In this document: positions 7,982 to 18,058 of the stretch, in pieces
Position numbering within the stretch: the first letter of the stretch is position 1
How the letters are laid out: each line of letters opens with the position of its first letter
From: a virus
IMG/VR virus record: IMGVR_UViG_3300037222_000066
DNA length: 64,000 nucleotides
Direction: 5' to 3' (one strand)
The notes under the pieces: generated by a model
Database searches by the model: none
Seen by the model: only the letters and a program-made list of their open reading frames with translations
What the model was told of the DNA's origin: nothing
Position numbers and translations under genes: made by a program

Positions 7982-9935
7982 TCCAGGCTTCCTTGTCCTC
8001 GCGGCCGTACGAAATCATGATGCTCTGACCGTTCGGGTGCCACGCGAGCCCGGCCACAAACTCGATCACTTTATCGTGAAAGTAGAACGGCTTGGTGATC
8101 CGCTGAACTGTCTTTGACTTGTCGTACCACACGAACCGGTGCTGATAGTAGCGCTTGCCGTTGTGTGGATGCACGCGGGCCTCATGCACGACTGACAGGA
8201 AGCCGCACTTAAATGGGATCACCTGTGAACTTCCACTGATCGCGTCAGCCGCAATGTTGATGGGCGTGCGCGATTTTTCAACACCGTTAGGGCGCACAGT
8301 GACACCCAGACGATAAGCAAACTCTAAATCATTGCCGTCAACCCACGGCATCCAGTTCTTCTCGTGCTGGCGGTGCGCCGGCAGCATGGCCCGAGCATCG
8401 GTGAGTGTGGCGCAGGTAACAAACGTTCCGGGGGCATTTGTTTTGCCAACGTCAATCCTGGCCAACCATTGCTCACACCAGCCCTCGTGGTTCTGTTCCC
8501 GCACACAAGCGTTAATCCACCAGCTGTTATTCCAGCTGAACAACCGCATGTCTTCAAACCCGGTTACCAGATCATATGCCGGCTTCGGCAAATGGGCCTT
8601 AACCTCTGCGTGTTGATTGACCTCAAAGTTATCTTTCAATGATACCAAAAAATTACGGGTGTTGATCGGGTTGGTTGAGTTCGCTTCGCCGTTTGTGCTT
8701 TTGATCAGGTACCGCCCTTGCTCGTCCATCGTGTAGTTGACAGTTCGCACCAGCACACAAATTTGTCCATTAGCCACCGCTATAGACGGGTTCATCGCGG
8801 TGTATCCATCCGGCGGGGTGAACGCAATCCGGCGGGTGGAGAATGACGACATTCTCTCAGACAGGGGCCGGATATAATGAAACAGATTGCCGCGCGCTTG
8901 CTCTCGGGAGAAATCGCTGGCGTCCTTAGACAGTGCAACATAGTTGCACATATCAAACCCACGCTCGCGGCGAGCCTTATCGTAGTACGCTACGATAGCG
9001 AACTCTTCGCGCAGCCCAATGGTGTAGACATAGTCATTCACAAACAACAGATCGCCGGGACGCTTGATGCGTAACCCCTCTTCGGCAACTAGGAGCGCGG
9101 CATAATTCATACCTTTAGTTCTGTAGTAGTTAGCTAGTGCATAGAGGGTTTCCGCACGACTGGGACGAAAATTGTATGCCCCCAACATTTCGGCCACAAA
9201 GCCACTATCATTTCCACTCTCGCGGAGCGTATTAGCGAGGTTAAAGCTAGCATTCCAGATTTCCTCGTCCCATCCCCCGAGTTCAATCCTTTTGCGATAA
9301 GCCTTCGCAGCCTTCTCCGGTTGGCCCGCATCCTTATAAGACTGAGCAAGATAGAACCACGATCTACCATTGTTTGGGTCCGTCTTTATTGCTTCCTTCA
9401 ACAGTCGAATATCTCGTACGGACTTATTCTTGCGATTAGAGCCATCTGCATGATCTTGAAAGTAAATTCCATGCACCTCGCCAGCCGTGGTCACGTCAAG
9501 ATATTCGTGCGTCACACCTACATAGTTTCCAGTGGCAGCACGGCTGACGAAGCGCGCATTGTGGTAGGACAGCGTGCCACCCTTCTGCACGACGTTATAG
9601 GCCATGCCGCTGCCTAGTTGTTTTTTGAAATTTTTGTCCTCGACAACCAGCTCCATATCCGCGTCACACAGGAGCAGATAGTCCCAAGAAAGCGGCGATT
9701 TTCGCGCGAGAGCGAGAGCGGCATTCCGGGCCTGCTCAAAGTTAACGAATGGAGCGTGCGTGATCTCGCCGGGAATTGATGCCGCGGCGAAGAACCCTTC
9801 AATCTTTTGTATGGTGTCATCGGTGCTTCCTGTGTCAACAATGGCATAGCTATCAATATGGGGGGCCACACTCTTGAGCATTCGCTCAATTCGGTCAGCT
9901 TCGTTCTTAACAATACAATTGAGCATTAATTTCAC
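7932..9935 (-). CDS. family 2 glycosyltransferase fused to TPR repeats and a C-terminal beta-rich domain (667 aa)
   Basis: N-terminal CIVKNEADRIERMLKSV...YAIVDTGSTDDT is a typical GT2 signature; central AQSYKDAGQPEKAAKAYRKRIELG TPR-like repeats; C-terminal ~300 aa of unknown fold. Confidence 0.65.
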   Translation of the reverse strand: MKLMLNCIVKNEADRIERMLKSVAPHIDSYAIVDTGSTDDTIQKIEGFFAAASIPGEITHAPFVNFEQARNAALALARKSPLSWDYLLLCDADMELVVEDKNFKKQLGSGMAYNVVQKGGTLSYHNARFVSRAATGNYVGVTHEYLDVTTAGEVHGIYFQDHADGSNRKNKSVRDIRLLKEAIKTDPNNGRSWFYLAQSYKDAGQPEKAAKAYRKRIELGGWDEEIWNASFNLANTLRESGNDSGFVAEMLGAYNFRPSRAETLYALANYYRTKGMNYAALLVAEEGLRIKRPGDLLFVNDYVYTIGLREEFAIVAYYDKARRERGFDMCNYVALSKDASDFSREQARGNLFHYIRPLSERMSSFSTRRIAFTPPDGYTAMNPSIAVANGQICVLVRTVNYTMDEQGRYLIKSTNGEANSTNPINTRNFLVSLKDNFEVNQHAEVKAHLPKPAYDLVTGFEDMRLFSWNNSWWINACVREQNHEGWCEQWLARIDVGKTNAPGTFVTCATLTDARAMLPAHRQHEKNWMPWVDGNDLEFAYRLGVTVRPNGVEKSRTPINIAADAISGSSQVIPFKCGFLSVVHEARVHPHNGKRYYQHRFVWYDKSKTVQRITKPFYFHDKVIEFVAGLAWHPNGQSIMISYGREDKEAWIATVDANELSEFIWHD

Positions 9936-10318
9936 TTGTACTTCTCCAGATAATCTGCAACGAGCCGCAGGTGCTTAGGGCTGTCTACCGCATGACCAGC
10001 GATCAAATTACAAGGTTGGCATAAAATTCCCCTAACTTTTCCGGTATCGTGGTCGTGATCTGTAGTCCAGCCCTTTCGCGTGCCCGCCGCATCACTACCA
10101 CACGCAGCGCATTTGTAATTTTGGGACATAAAAATAGCATCCCGCTGTTCTAGCGTGATGCCATATAACCTAATCTGATTGAGATTTTTTATGCGTAGCT
10201 TATTGTCGTCGCGCCATTGCTGGTACCGCGGACGATTTTTGCGTGAATACTCCGCGCAACGTGCCTTATTACGTTTACGCCACGCCTTTGAATATTCTGG
10301 ACTAGACGGCATTGACAC
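9932..10318 (-). CDS. HNH endonuclease, endonuclease VII family (free-standing homing endonuclease, 128 aa)
   Basis: CAACGSD...TDHDHDTGKVRGILCQPCN motif; paralogous to 20029-20520 and 58430-58849. Confidence 0.75.
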   Translation of the reverse strand: MSMPSSPEYSKAWRKRNKARCAEYSRKNRPRYQQWRDDNKLRIKNLNQIRLYGITLEQRDAIFMSQNYKCAACGSDAAGTRKGWTTDHDHDTGKVRGILCQPCNLIAGHAVDSPKHLRLVADYLEKYK

Positions 10319-10380
10319 TCCGAAGGGGATCGGGGTTTGAGCTATAGGTTTTTAGCCTATAGCTCATTTCGTGTCAACTG

Positions 10381-11073
10381 TTATCCGTTGGAAATTCGGA
10401 GCGGGCCAGTCATGCCGGCATAACCGAAGCCAGTAGCGCCGGTCGTGCCCGTTGGTCCAGGATCATGAACGCGATATACCGCACCGAGAATATGCGGGTC
10501 CACCTTGAGCACAACGAACTTTGTAAACGTGGCCGGATTTTTGTTGTAGCCCGCGGGACCGGTGACGCCGGTGATGCCCGTGGAGCCTGTGGCCGAAGTC
10601 GGACCAGTCTTACCAAACGGCCCAATGCCCGTCGCGCCGGTGATGCCAGTAGGGCCGGTAAAGCCAGTTGGTGAAAGACCGGGCAATCCGACAAATGGAC
10701 CTGTCGTGCCAGTCGGACCAGTCGCGCCGGTATGGGTGGTACCTGATGGACCTGTAGGAGAGGTACCAGAAACACCAGTGCTTGCATTAATAGTGAGACC
10801 GGGACCCTGTGGGCCTGTACAACCCGTCGGACCAGTTTGACCCTGTGAAGGGCCATGAGCGCCGGCACCAATTATCCCAGTTGGACCTGTCGAGCTACCC
10901 GCGGCCGCTGCCGTAGGACCCTTCAAACCGGTTGCGCCGGCCGGGCCATAAACGTTGGCATTGTTGATCAGCTCAACGACTTCCTCCAGCACCGCTGGAA
11001 TTTCGTTGTCATCATACGACTGCGGCGGCTTAGGTGCCGGGGTCAGCGGATTTACATACTTGGCCATGCTCAA
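10381..11073 (-). CDS. collagen-like (Gly-X-Y repeat) protein (230 aa)
   Basis: Long GPTG/GATG triplet repeats across most of the protein, with non-repeat N- and C-termini. Confidence 0.6.
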   Translation of the reverse strand: MSMAKYVNPLTPAPKPPQSYDDNEIPAVLEEVVELINNANVYGPAGATGLKGPTAAAAGSSTGPTGIIGAGAHGPSQGQTGPTGCTGPQGPGLTINASTGVSGTSPTGPSGTTHTGATGPTGTTGPFVGLPGLSPTGFTGPTGITGATGIGPFGKTGPTSATGSTGITGVTGPAGYNKNPATFTKFVVLKVDPHILGAVYRVHDPGPTGTTGATGFGYAGMTGPLRISNG

Positions 11074-11076
11074 CCT

Positions 11077-11646
11077 TTACCCGTTCGAGATAGTCAGTAC
11101 GCCACTGTTGTTCCACACCTGGTTGACCACATACGGGTCCGCGAGCGGCGGGATGAACAATGTCACCGTGGTCCCGGTCGGACCAGTGTTACCGGTCGCA
11201 CCCGTGGCACCAGTTACACCTTGACCAGTTGCACCGGTAGGCCCTGTCGTGGTGCCCGTGGTGCCCGTGGGGCCAGAGCTACCGGCGGGGCCGGTAGCGC
11301 CAGTCGTGCCAGTCGGACCAGTCGGGCCACCAGCCTGACCAGTGGCACCGGCGGGGCCAGCCGGACCAGCCGGGTTTGCACCCGTCGGACCCGTCGGACC
11401 AGTGTTACCAGTCGCACCCTGCGCGCCGGCCGGACCTTGCGGGCCGCCAAACGAACCGGTTGGACCAGTGACGCCGGTAGGGCCTGTCGGGCCCGTAAAA
11501 CCTGTTGCTGAACCAGTTGGGCCAGTCGGACCGGTCAAACCGGTTGGGCCACCAATGTTACCGGCATTAACTGCGGCAACGACCTGGGCGAGAATATTGC
11601 CAATCTGGTTTCGATCCGGATTGGTGACCGCGGGAATAGTTGACAT
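11077..11646 (-). CDS. collagen-like (Gly-X-Y repeat) protein (189 aa)
   Basis: [13 protein letters not shown]... repeats; globular C-terminal ~40 aa. Confidence 0.6.
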   Translation of the reverse strand: MSTIPAVTNPDRNQIGNILAQVVAAVNAGNIGGPTGLTGPTGPTGSATGFTGPTGPTGVTGPTGSFGGPQGPAGAQGATGNTGPTGPTGANPAGPAGPAGATGQAGGPTGPTGTTGATGPAGSSGPTGTTGTTTGPTGATGQGVTGATGATGNTGPTGTTVTLFIPPLADPYVVNQVWNNSGVLTISNG

Positions 11647-11706
11647 AGATGACCCCTTCGAGGCTGCCTGCGTGATATCGGTACGCTAGAATTCGTTGAT
11701 CGTTCC

Positions 11707-12516
11707 TTAATTCTCTAGGATAACTTTCGACCGGCCATTTGGCTTAAACCAGAAGGGAGGAGCAAACCGGGCAAATAGTTCGGGCGGCAAGGAAGTTTCC
11801 CGAGGGATTTTACGAACTCGCTTGCCTACTGCGTGGAGACCAGGAGTACCAAGTCTAGCGTCGAACTCAGACGCCCCGGGTATCGGCTGCACGTTGTCGA
11901 AGTCATGTTTTAGCGCGGGGAGGGATAACCATTCGTAAATAGCGCTAATAACACGCGCGGGATTAGCAGCGAGCCCATCATAATCCACCAACATTAAACG
12001 GTCCGCATAGGGCCCGTAGTATGCCTCTTTCAATGAATTCAGTGGATACCCGATCATCCCGTTAGAAGCCGCCAACATATCAGCACGATCAAATACGTTC
12101 ATATTGGCGTCAAATTTGAACAACCCGCTCACTTGTAACGGATATTTACGTAACAGTTTTTCAACGCTGTCCATAATCCACGCCGGCTGCCGCACACAAC
12201 AGATCAAGCGGCAATCTGGAAACAACTGGACTAGTAATGGCAATTTTCCGGTCCAGGCGCGATTGCTGTCTATCGCAGTAATTCTTGGGTCTTCCGGGTA
12301 GTACGCAGAAAATAAACCGGTAATCATGTTCGCGCGGTCCGCATCGGTTACAAACACGGACGTTTCCTGGTTAGCCGCGGTCGCACGTTGCACGGCATTG
12401 ACAATCCCATATATGGGCGAAATTATTGACGTTTGCAAAAACGGGTTCTGCTGGAGGATCGCAGCGAGTAGCGTGCTGCCGCTACGCGGGAGCCCGCTTA
12501 AAAAGTGAGCATTCAT
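11707..12516 (-). CDS. PAPS-dependent sulfotransferase-like protein (269 aa)
   Basis: N-terminal GLPRSGSTLL motif matches the 5-prime-PSB loop of Sulfotransfer_3/Stf0-type sulfotransferases. Confidence 0.6.
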   Translation of the reverse strand: MNAHFLSGLPRSGSTLLAAILQQNPFLQTSIISPIYGIVNAVQRATAANQETSVFVTDADRANMITGLFSAYYPEDPRITAIDSNRAWTGKLPLLVQLFPDCRLICCVRQPAWIMDSVEKLLRKYPLQVSGLFKFDANMNVFDRADMLAASNGMIGYPLNSLKEAYYGPYADRLMLVDYDGLAANPARVISAIYEWLSLPALKHDFDNVQPIPGASEFDARLGTPGLHAVGKRVRKIPRETSLPPELFARFAPPFWFKPNGRSKVILEN

Positions 12517-12522
12517 AAGGAC

Positions 12523-14838
12523 TTACCCTACACCTGGGGAAATAGGTTTAGCTCCGGGCCCGGGCTGGTTGCCAACCAAGGTTGCCGATTGAGGGCCTAG
12601 CCCATGGCCGGCCGGCTGTCCAGGTCTATTTCCCTGGCCCTGCGCGGCGGCGCGGTTCAAGTCCATTCCTGGGTTATTCGTTTGCCCATCCTGGCCACCG
12701 TTGCCCTCAGGCGTACCAATATGCACGGGCGGCCCTTCTGGCATCTGGGCGCGGGCGGCCAGCGCGCCGGCGGTCAATTCGGTCGCAATACGCTGCACGC
12801 CCAATTCGACGCCCTTATGGACACCTTGCTCGACCTGTTGGGTCATATCGCCGCCGCTGGCCTGTTGCTGCTTCTCAGCAGCGTCCATCTGCTCAATCTC
12901 TTGCTCACTCGGCACGATCTGCTCGCCGTCCAATCCGATGGTACTAGAGACTGACCGCAGCACACTGGCGCGGCCCTTGAGCCCGACGATCTTCTGATCA
13001 ACTGGGTTGATCGTGGCAGACAAGAACTCAATCTGGCGCTGTCGCAAAGTCTCGCGTTGGATCGCAACATTGACGCCCTGGACACTAATCTTCTCCTCGC
13101 CGGTCAGCAATCCGGTTGTATCGGTCAACATGATCAAGTCGGACAGTTGCAGGAGCGCGGGCTCCAGCACGTCCCGGTCAATATTAGCGCTCACGCTCTG
13201 CAAAATCTTCGAGGCATTGCCCATGAGCATAGCCAGCCCGGATGCGGTTCGGCCGGCGCCGCCGGCGGCACCCTGCCCACCAACATACTTCGGAATGGCC
13301 GAAACGTCATCGGCCAGGCCAACGCAGAACTCGAACACAGACTGGAGCTGCTGTGCGTTCGAGGTTGGCATAAAGAACGAAACAGGAACCTGGGCATTAT
13401 TACCCACCGGGTCGTTGCGCGCGTGCCAGCGCTTCCACGGATATAGATCATCAGTGTTCTCGTCCGGCGACACGCGGTCGTCGTTGATCACGACTTGCGG
13501 GCCCGAGGCTATGCTTAAGTTATTGACAAGACTACGTAAAGTGGCGTTTGCCACCTCCTGTAGATCGGTCAGCAAATCGGTCAATCCGTTACCAATGGGG
13601 GTACCCGGCACCTTCTCGAATGATGTAATAAAGTACGGATGGCGCTGTCGCGGGGATGGCGACAAATGCGCCTTAATGACATGCGTGCCAATGACCCACG
13701 CTTGAACATTGTAGTCCCGTAACTCGTCCGGGACAGCCAAACCATACTCTTGCAAAACGCGTCCCTGAACATTGCCGTTGAACTCCATCATGGAGAGCAT
13801 GCCGGACCGGTTCCAGGCCGGGTTCTCGCGGCTCTCTAAAGTTGCCCGTTCTGCATCGGTCGTGTCCCAGTTATCGTATAGGCCTCCACGCCCATATTCA
13901 TCCAAGACAGCTCGGATTTCATCCTCATTATACCCTGGCAAATCGAGCAGATCATTAATCTCGGCTCGGGTGATACGTAGCTTTTCGATGGTGTTTGCAT
14001 TTTCAATGTCCGCGACACCCGGTGTCCACCACAAATCGAACGGCGACACGCGGTTCCAGGTCAGCTTTGGCTTCTGTTGGACTGTGGGAGCGCCTCCGTT
14101 GGGCGGCCACACGACCTCAGGAACGACCTTTACAACCGGGCCTTTTATGCACGCGAACGGGAATATCGGCAGGTCTACCAGGAACTCCGCGAGAGCATGA
14201 TAGAAGCCACCATCGCGCAGCAGCCCTTCAATTTTTTCGTCGCTATCTCGGGCCTGCTGGGTCGCTTTTTTCTTGGCCGCGTCCTTGGCCGCCTCTACCA
14301 ACGCGTCACGGCGCTGCTTAACGTCGGCCGGGTTCGGGGGCTGCCCCTTATGCTGCTGCACGAGCTGCTGCTCGGACTGCATCATCTGGTCAATACTCTG
14401 GATGATTTGCGGCGGCACGACGGGATCGGACGGCGGCTTGACAGACCAGGGCTGGTCCTGGCCTAAATAAATATCCCGGAGCAGCGAACTGGCGGCACGG
14501 CATTTTTGGGCGATCAGGCGGGCGTACACCTGTGACCCGCCGAACTTGGCAATTTCGGCCAATTTGGAGGCATCGTACTGGCCATTGAACGTGCGGAGGG
14601 CAACCAATAGGCGCTCAGACCACCCGGACGCCGTGTTCCGGTGGTTCCGCATTATCTCGAATTGACCCTTGATATAGCCAGCTAACTGGGGTATTTCTGG
14701 CTCTGGAGGGGCATTGTCCTGCGCGGACGCCGTAGCCCGCTCCTGGAGCTGTTGCTCCAGCGCAGCCGGTGGGATAACTTGGAGTACGCCGCTTTGTCCG
14801 AGGTCGCTCATGCCTTGTCCGGCTGAAAAGGATTGCAC
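12523..14838 (-). CDS. portal protein candidate (771 aa)
   Basis: Large protein at the head of the structural operon, divergent from the terminase island; size and position fit a portal. Confidence 0.5.
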   Translation of the reverse strand: MQSFSAGQGMSDLGQSGVLQVIPPAALEQQLQERATASAQDNAPPEPEIPQLAGYIKGQFEIMRNHRNTASGWSERLLVALRTFNGQYDASKLAEIAKFGGSQVYARLIAQKCRAASSLLRDIYLGQDQPWSVKPPSDPVVPPQIIQSIDQMMQSEQQLVQQHKGQPPNPADVKQRRDALVEAAKDAAKKKATQQARDSDEKIEGLLRDGGFYHALAEFLVDLPIFPFACIKGPVVKVVPEVVWPPNGGAPTVQQKPKLTWNRVSPFDLWWTPGVADIENANTIEKLRITRAEINDLLDLPGYNEDEIRAVLDEYGRGGLYDNWDTTDAERATLESRENPAWNRSGMLSMMEFNGNVQGRVLQEYGLAVPDELRDYNVQAWVIGTHVIKAHLSPSPRQRHPYFITSFEKVPGTPIGNGLTDLLTDLQEVANATLRSLVNNLSIASGPQVVINDDRVSPDENTDDLYPWKRWHARNDPVGNNAQVPVSFFMPTSNAQQLQSVFEFCVGLADDVSAIPKYVGGQGAAGGAGRTASGLAMLMGNASKILQSVSANIDRDVLEPALLQLSDLIMLTDTTGLLTGEEKISVQGVNVAIQRETLRQRQIEFLSATINPVDQKIVGLKGRASVLRSVSSTIGLDGEQIVPSEQEIEQMDAAEKQQQASGGDMTQQVEQGVHKGVELGVQRIATELTAGALAARAQMPEGPPVHIGTPEGNGGQDGQTNNPGMDLNRAAAQGQGNRPGQPAGHGLGPQSATLVGNQPGPGAKPISPGVG

Positions 14839-14882
14839 CGTGAACCTAACCGGAACGCGCTAATAATGCCTTAACAATTGCG

Positions 14883-15470
14883 ATGTTGCATTTAATACCG
14901 ACCTGGTGTACGGATTTGGCCATGATCGATCATATTGACGAAAGCGAGCGCCTGGACGAAGTTATACGGGCGGCGCTCCCGGCCACGTTATCGTCCAATG
15001 GCCTAAACCTTTCCGACCTAGCCGCGCTTGCCCGCGACCTGATCCTCAATCTCAGAGAACTGCCGGCCACGCTTGCCGCGCACAAAATCACCCAAGAGCA
15101 ATATGGCAGGATTAAAGAGAACGAATTTTTCAAGCGCGCCCTAGAACAGCTCACCATTGAATGGCATTCAGCCAAGTCAACTACTGACCGGTTGAAAATC
15201 CAAGCCGCGGCGTCGTTTGAATACGCCATGCCAACCATAACCGCGAGAATGGTAAAGAACGATGAAGACCTCGGCAAAGTAGTTGAAGCTGGCAAGCTGC
15301 TCGCTAAAGTGGCCGGCGTGGATAGCAGCGAAGCCCAGGCAGCCTCAAACCCCGGCGAGAAATTTTCTATTGTTATTAACCTAGGAGAAGATACGAAGCT
15401 CAAGTTTGAAAAAGACGTAACCCCCGCGGTGCCACTCTTATTGAAAGAAAAAACCAATGAGCCAGCCTAA
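14883..15470 (+). CDS. hypothetical protein, terminase small-subunit candidate (195 aa)
   Basis: Immediately upstream of the exonuclease and terminase large subunit on the same strand; no motif support. Confidence 0.3.
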   Translation: MLHLIPTWCTDLAMIDHIDESERLDEVIRAALPATLSSNGLNLSDLAALARDLILNLRELPATLAAHKITQEQYGRIKENEFFKRALEQLTIEWHSAKSTTDRLKIQAAASFEYAMPTITARMVKNDEDLGKVVEAGKLLAKVAGVDSSEAQAASNPGEKFSIVINLGEDTKLKFEKDVTPAVPLLLKEKTNEPA

Positions 15471-16227
15471 AGTCGCGTTCTTCGATATCGAGACTGCCCC
15501 ATCCCTAGGCTGGTTCTGGGGCAAGCTATGGGAAACATCAATCATCGACGTGAAGACCCCGTGGTACATGTTGTCTTTTGCATACAAGTGGCAAGGGAGC
15601 GACAAAATTCACATTCACGCGCTGCCCGACTATCCGCTGTTCAAAAAGGACAAGGAGAATGACAAGCACCTCATCGAAGACCTCCACGATCTCTTTGATG
15701 AAGCGGACGTTCTCATCGCCCACAATGGTGACAGATTTGATATCCGTAAGAGCAATGCTCGCTTCATCACCCAGGGCCTGCGACCGCCGTCTCCTTACAA
15801 GTCGATTGATACTCTTAAAGCCGCACGCCGGTTCTTCCAGTTTGACAGCAACAAGCTGAACGACCTGGGCCAATACCTCGGGGTCGGGCGCAAGCTGCCG
15901 CACACTGGGTTCGATCTGTGGTCCCGCTGTATGCGTGGAGAAAAGTCTGCATGGAAGACGATGAAAGAATACAACGCCCGCGATATCGTGCTACTCGAAC
16001 GGGTCTACGAAAAGCTGAAACCCTACATGACAAATCACCCCGATCTTACTATCTACGAAGATGCAGTAGGGTGCCCAACATGCCGGTCCACTCATATTCA
16101 TCGCCGCGGGTTTGCGGTCAGCAGGAAGCGCAAGTATCGCCGCTATCATTGCGGTAACTGCGGCTCCTGGTTCCAAGGAGCCGTCATCAAGCTGGGTGAG
16201 AAAGTCCCCGACAAACACGGAAAATAA
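15457..16227 (+). CDS. DEDDh-type 3-5 exonuclease (RNase H-like fold) with C-terminal zinc ribbon (256 aa)
   Basis: Exo motifs FFDIETAP (Exo I), AHNGDRFD (Exo II) and YNARD (Exo III); CPTC...CGNC zinc ribbon. Confidence 0.6.
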   Translation: MSQPKVAFFDIETAPSLGWFWGKLWETSIIDVKTPWYMLSFAYKWQGSDKIHIHALPDYPLFKKDKENDKHLIEDLHDLFDEADVLIAHNGDRFDIRKSNARFITQGLRPPSPYKSIDTLKAARRFFQFDSNKLNDLGQYLGVGRKLPHTGFDLWSRCMRGEKSAWKTMKEYNARDIVLLERVYEKLKPYMTNHPDLTIYEDAVGCPTCRSTHIHRRGFAVSRKRKYRRYHCGNCGSWFQGAVIKLGEKVPDKHGK

Positions 16228-16310
16228 TATGCGCGATATGCTTTGGGCTCTGGGTCTACAAGCCAGCTTCTGGTTCTGCGTATGGCTGACTTATCGGGCA
16301 GGCTATACAG

Positions 16311-17783
16311 ATGGACAGCGGCATCCAAATGGGCATTGAGTACACAGCACCGCCTACCTGCGCGGCCTTCCAGAAGTCCGAAGCCTTCGGACGGCTAATT
16401 GCTGGGCCCGTGGGCTCTGGTAAGACGACTTCCTGTGTGATGGAGCTAGCGCGCCGGTCCATGCAGCAGGCTCAGGCCGGCGATGGCCTGCGGTACACCC
16501 GCCACGCCATTGTCCGTCAAACCCTCAAACAGTTGAAGGACACCGTGCTCAAGGACTGCCGCTCGTGGCTGGGCGGCCTGGGCGAATGGAAAGTTTCCGA
16601 GAATACCTTCCACCTGAACTTTGGCGACGTACGCTCCGAGTGGATATTCATTCCTCTCGAAGACGCCGCGGATCAAGCGCGTTTGCTGTCCATGCAACTG
16701 ACAGGAGCCTGGTTGTCCGAATGCATCGAAATGAACCTGGACGTTGTCGCGCCAATTACTGGCCGCCTAGGCCGATATCCATCGGGCGCTCAAGGTACGC
16801 CTACGTGGCATGGTCTGATCGCGGATACGAACATGCCTACGGAAATGTCTCCTTGGCATACATTCATGGAGAACCCGAATGCGGATTGGCAGGTCTACAT
16901 TCAGCCTTCGGGATTGTCGCCCAACGCCGAGAATTTAAACTATCTCGTGCAGAATGAACGAACTATCCTGCTGCCTATTGATCATCCAGATCGCTTGGCG
17001 CAGGGCCGCAAATACTACGAACGCTTCGTTGAAATGTACGGCGAGGACAGCGACTGGGTTAAGCGCTATGTCCACGCGCAGTACGGCGATGACCCGTCCG
17101 GCATGGCCGTCTTCAAGGAAAGCTGGCGTTCAGACTTCCACGTTGTGAACGACACGATGCTGATCCCGGGCTACCCCATTGTGGTAGCACAAGATTTTGG
17201 CCGCAACCCGTGGTCATTGATTTGTCAAGCCGATCACATGGGCCGGCTGATCGTTCATGAGGAAGTTCCCGGCACAAACATAGGTTTGGAAAAACATGTC
17301 AACCAAAGCCTGCGCCCTCGACTGCTATCGAACAAGTACGTCGGCTATAAGGTCGCCATGGTTGGAGACCCGGCCGGGGTGGCCAAAGGAAACATTTCCG
17401 AGGAAAGCTGCTTCGACGCCCTCAAGCGCCTGGGATTACCAGCGTTCCCCGCGGTTACGAACGATATTGAACCAAGGCTGCGCGCGGTTGAAGCCTTATT
17501 GGGAAGACAGACAAACGGCGGTCCGACCCTCATGGTGAACCGCCAAGGCTGCCCAATGTTGATACGCGCTATGTCAGGTGGCTATCGCTTCACCAAGACG
17601 AAGGCCGGGGCGCTCCGGGTCGTGCCCGAGAAGAACGATAAAGAGGGATATTCCCACGTAGCCGACTGCTTGCAATACGCTTCTCTCGTCGTTGGAGGCG
17701 GGCTAATGGGTGAAATCGCCAGAAGGTTGCGGGGTCGAACTCGACCAGCAGGCCCCACAATTTCAGCCGCAGCTTGGACATAG
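16311..17783 (+). CDS. terminase large subunit (490 aa)
   Basis: Walker A GPVGSGKTT near the N-terminus, followed by an acidic-residue-rich nuclease half. Confidence 0.8.
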   Translation: MDSGIQMGIEYTAPPTCAAFQKSEAFGRLIAGPVGSGKTTSCVMELARRSMQQAQAGDGLRYTRHAIVRQTLKQLKDTVLKDCRSWLGGLGEWKVSENTFHLNFGDVRSEWIFIPLEDAADQARLLSMQLTGAWLSECIEMNLDVVAPITGRLGRYPSGAQGTPTWHGLIADTNMPTEMSPWHTFMENPNADWQVYIQPSGLSPNAENLNYLVQNERTILLPIDHPDRLAQGRKYYERFVEMYGEDSDWVKRYVHAQYGDDPSGMAVFKESWRSDFHVVNDTMLIPGYPIVVAQDFGRNPWSLICQADHMGRLIVHEEVPGTNIGLEKHVNQSLRPRLLSNKYVGYKVAMVGDPAGVAKGNISEESCFDALKRLGLPAFPAVTNDIEPRLRAVEALLGRQTNGGPTLMVNRQGCPMLIRAMSGGYRFTKTKAGALRVVPEKNDKEGYSHVADCLQYASLVVGGGLMGEIARRLRGRTRPAGPTISAAAWT

Positions 17784-17913
17784 CGTTAGCGCCCGTACAC
17801 GCACTTGATTATGAACTCGTGTAGAGGCCACTTGTCCGGGTTTGAACCTTCAAAGATAATGTTGACTAGGCGATGCCGCATGACAGCGGCATCGCGCATT
17901 GTTTGCCAGATGA

Positions 17914-18053
17914 TCATCGTAATAGCATCACGATCAGGACGATCACCAGGATGAAGCCAATCCCGCCGCCGCCGTACCGGTAAGGTCCGCCAGCGTAGAA
18001 CCCGCCACCTCCGAACAAGAGGATCAGGATCAGGATCAACAGAATTAAGCCCA
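17914..18053 (-). CDS. small membrane peptide (46 aa; two hydrophobic helices around a GGGGFYAGGPYRYGGGG loop)
   Basis: GGAGG RBS 7 nt upstream of ATG at 18053 (minus); the longer 72-aa ORF call has no RBS. Confidence 0.4.
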
Positions 18054-18058
18054 TAGCT

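Noticed and set aside
10465-11689. Several plus-strand ORFs (92-218 aa) overlapping the collagen-like genes
   Set aside because: They are antisense to Gly-X-Y repeat coding sequence. The GC-rich triplet repeats give open frames on all strands. The minus-strand collagen-like reading frames are co-oriented with the operon and have proper boundaries.
13007-13705. 232-aa plus-strand ORF within the portal candidate
   Set aside because: Antisense artefact of a GC-rich gene, with Ser/Cys/Arg-rich composition.
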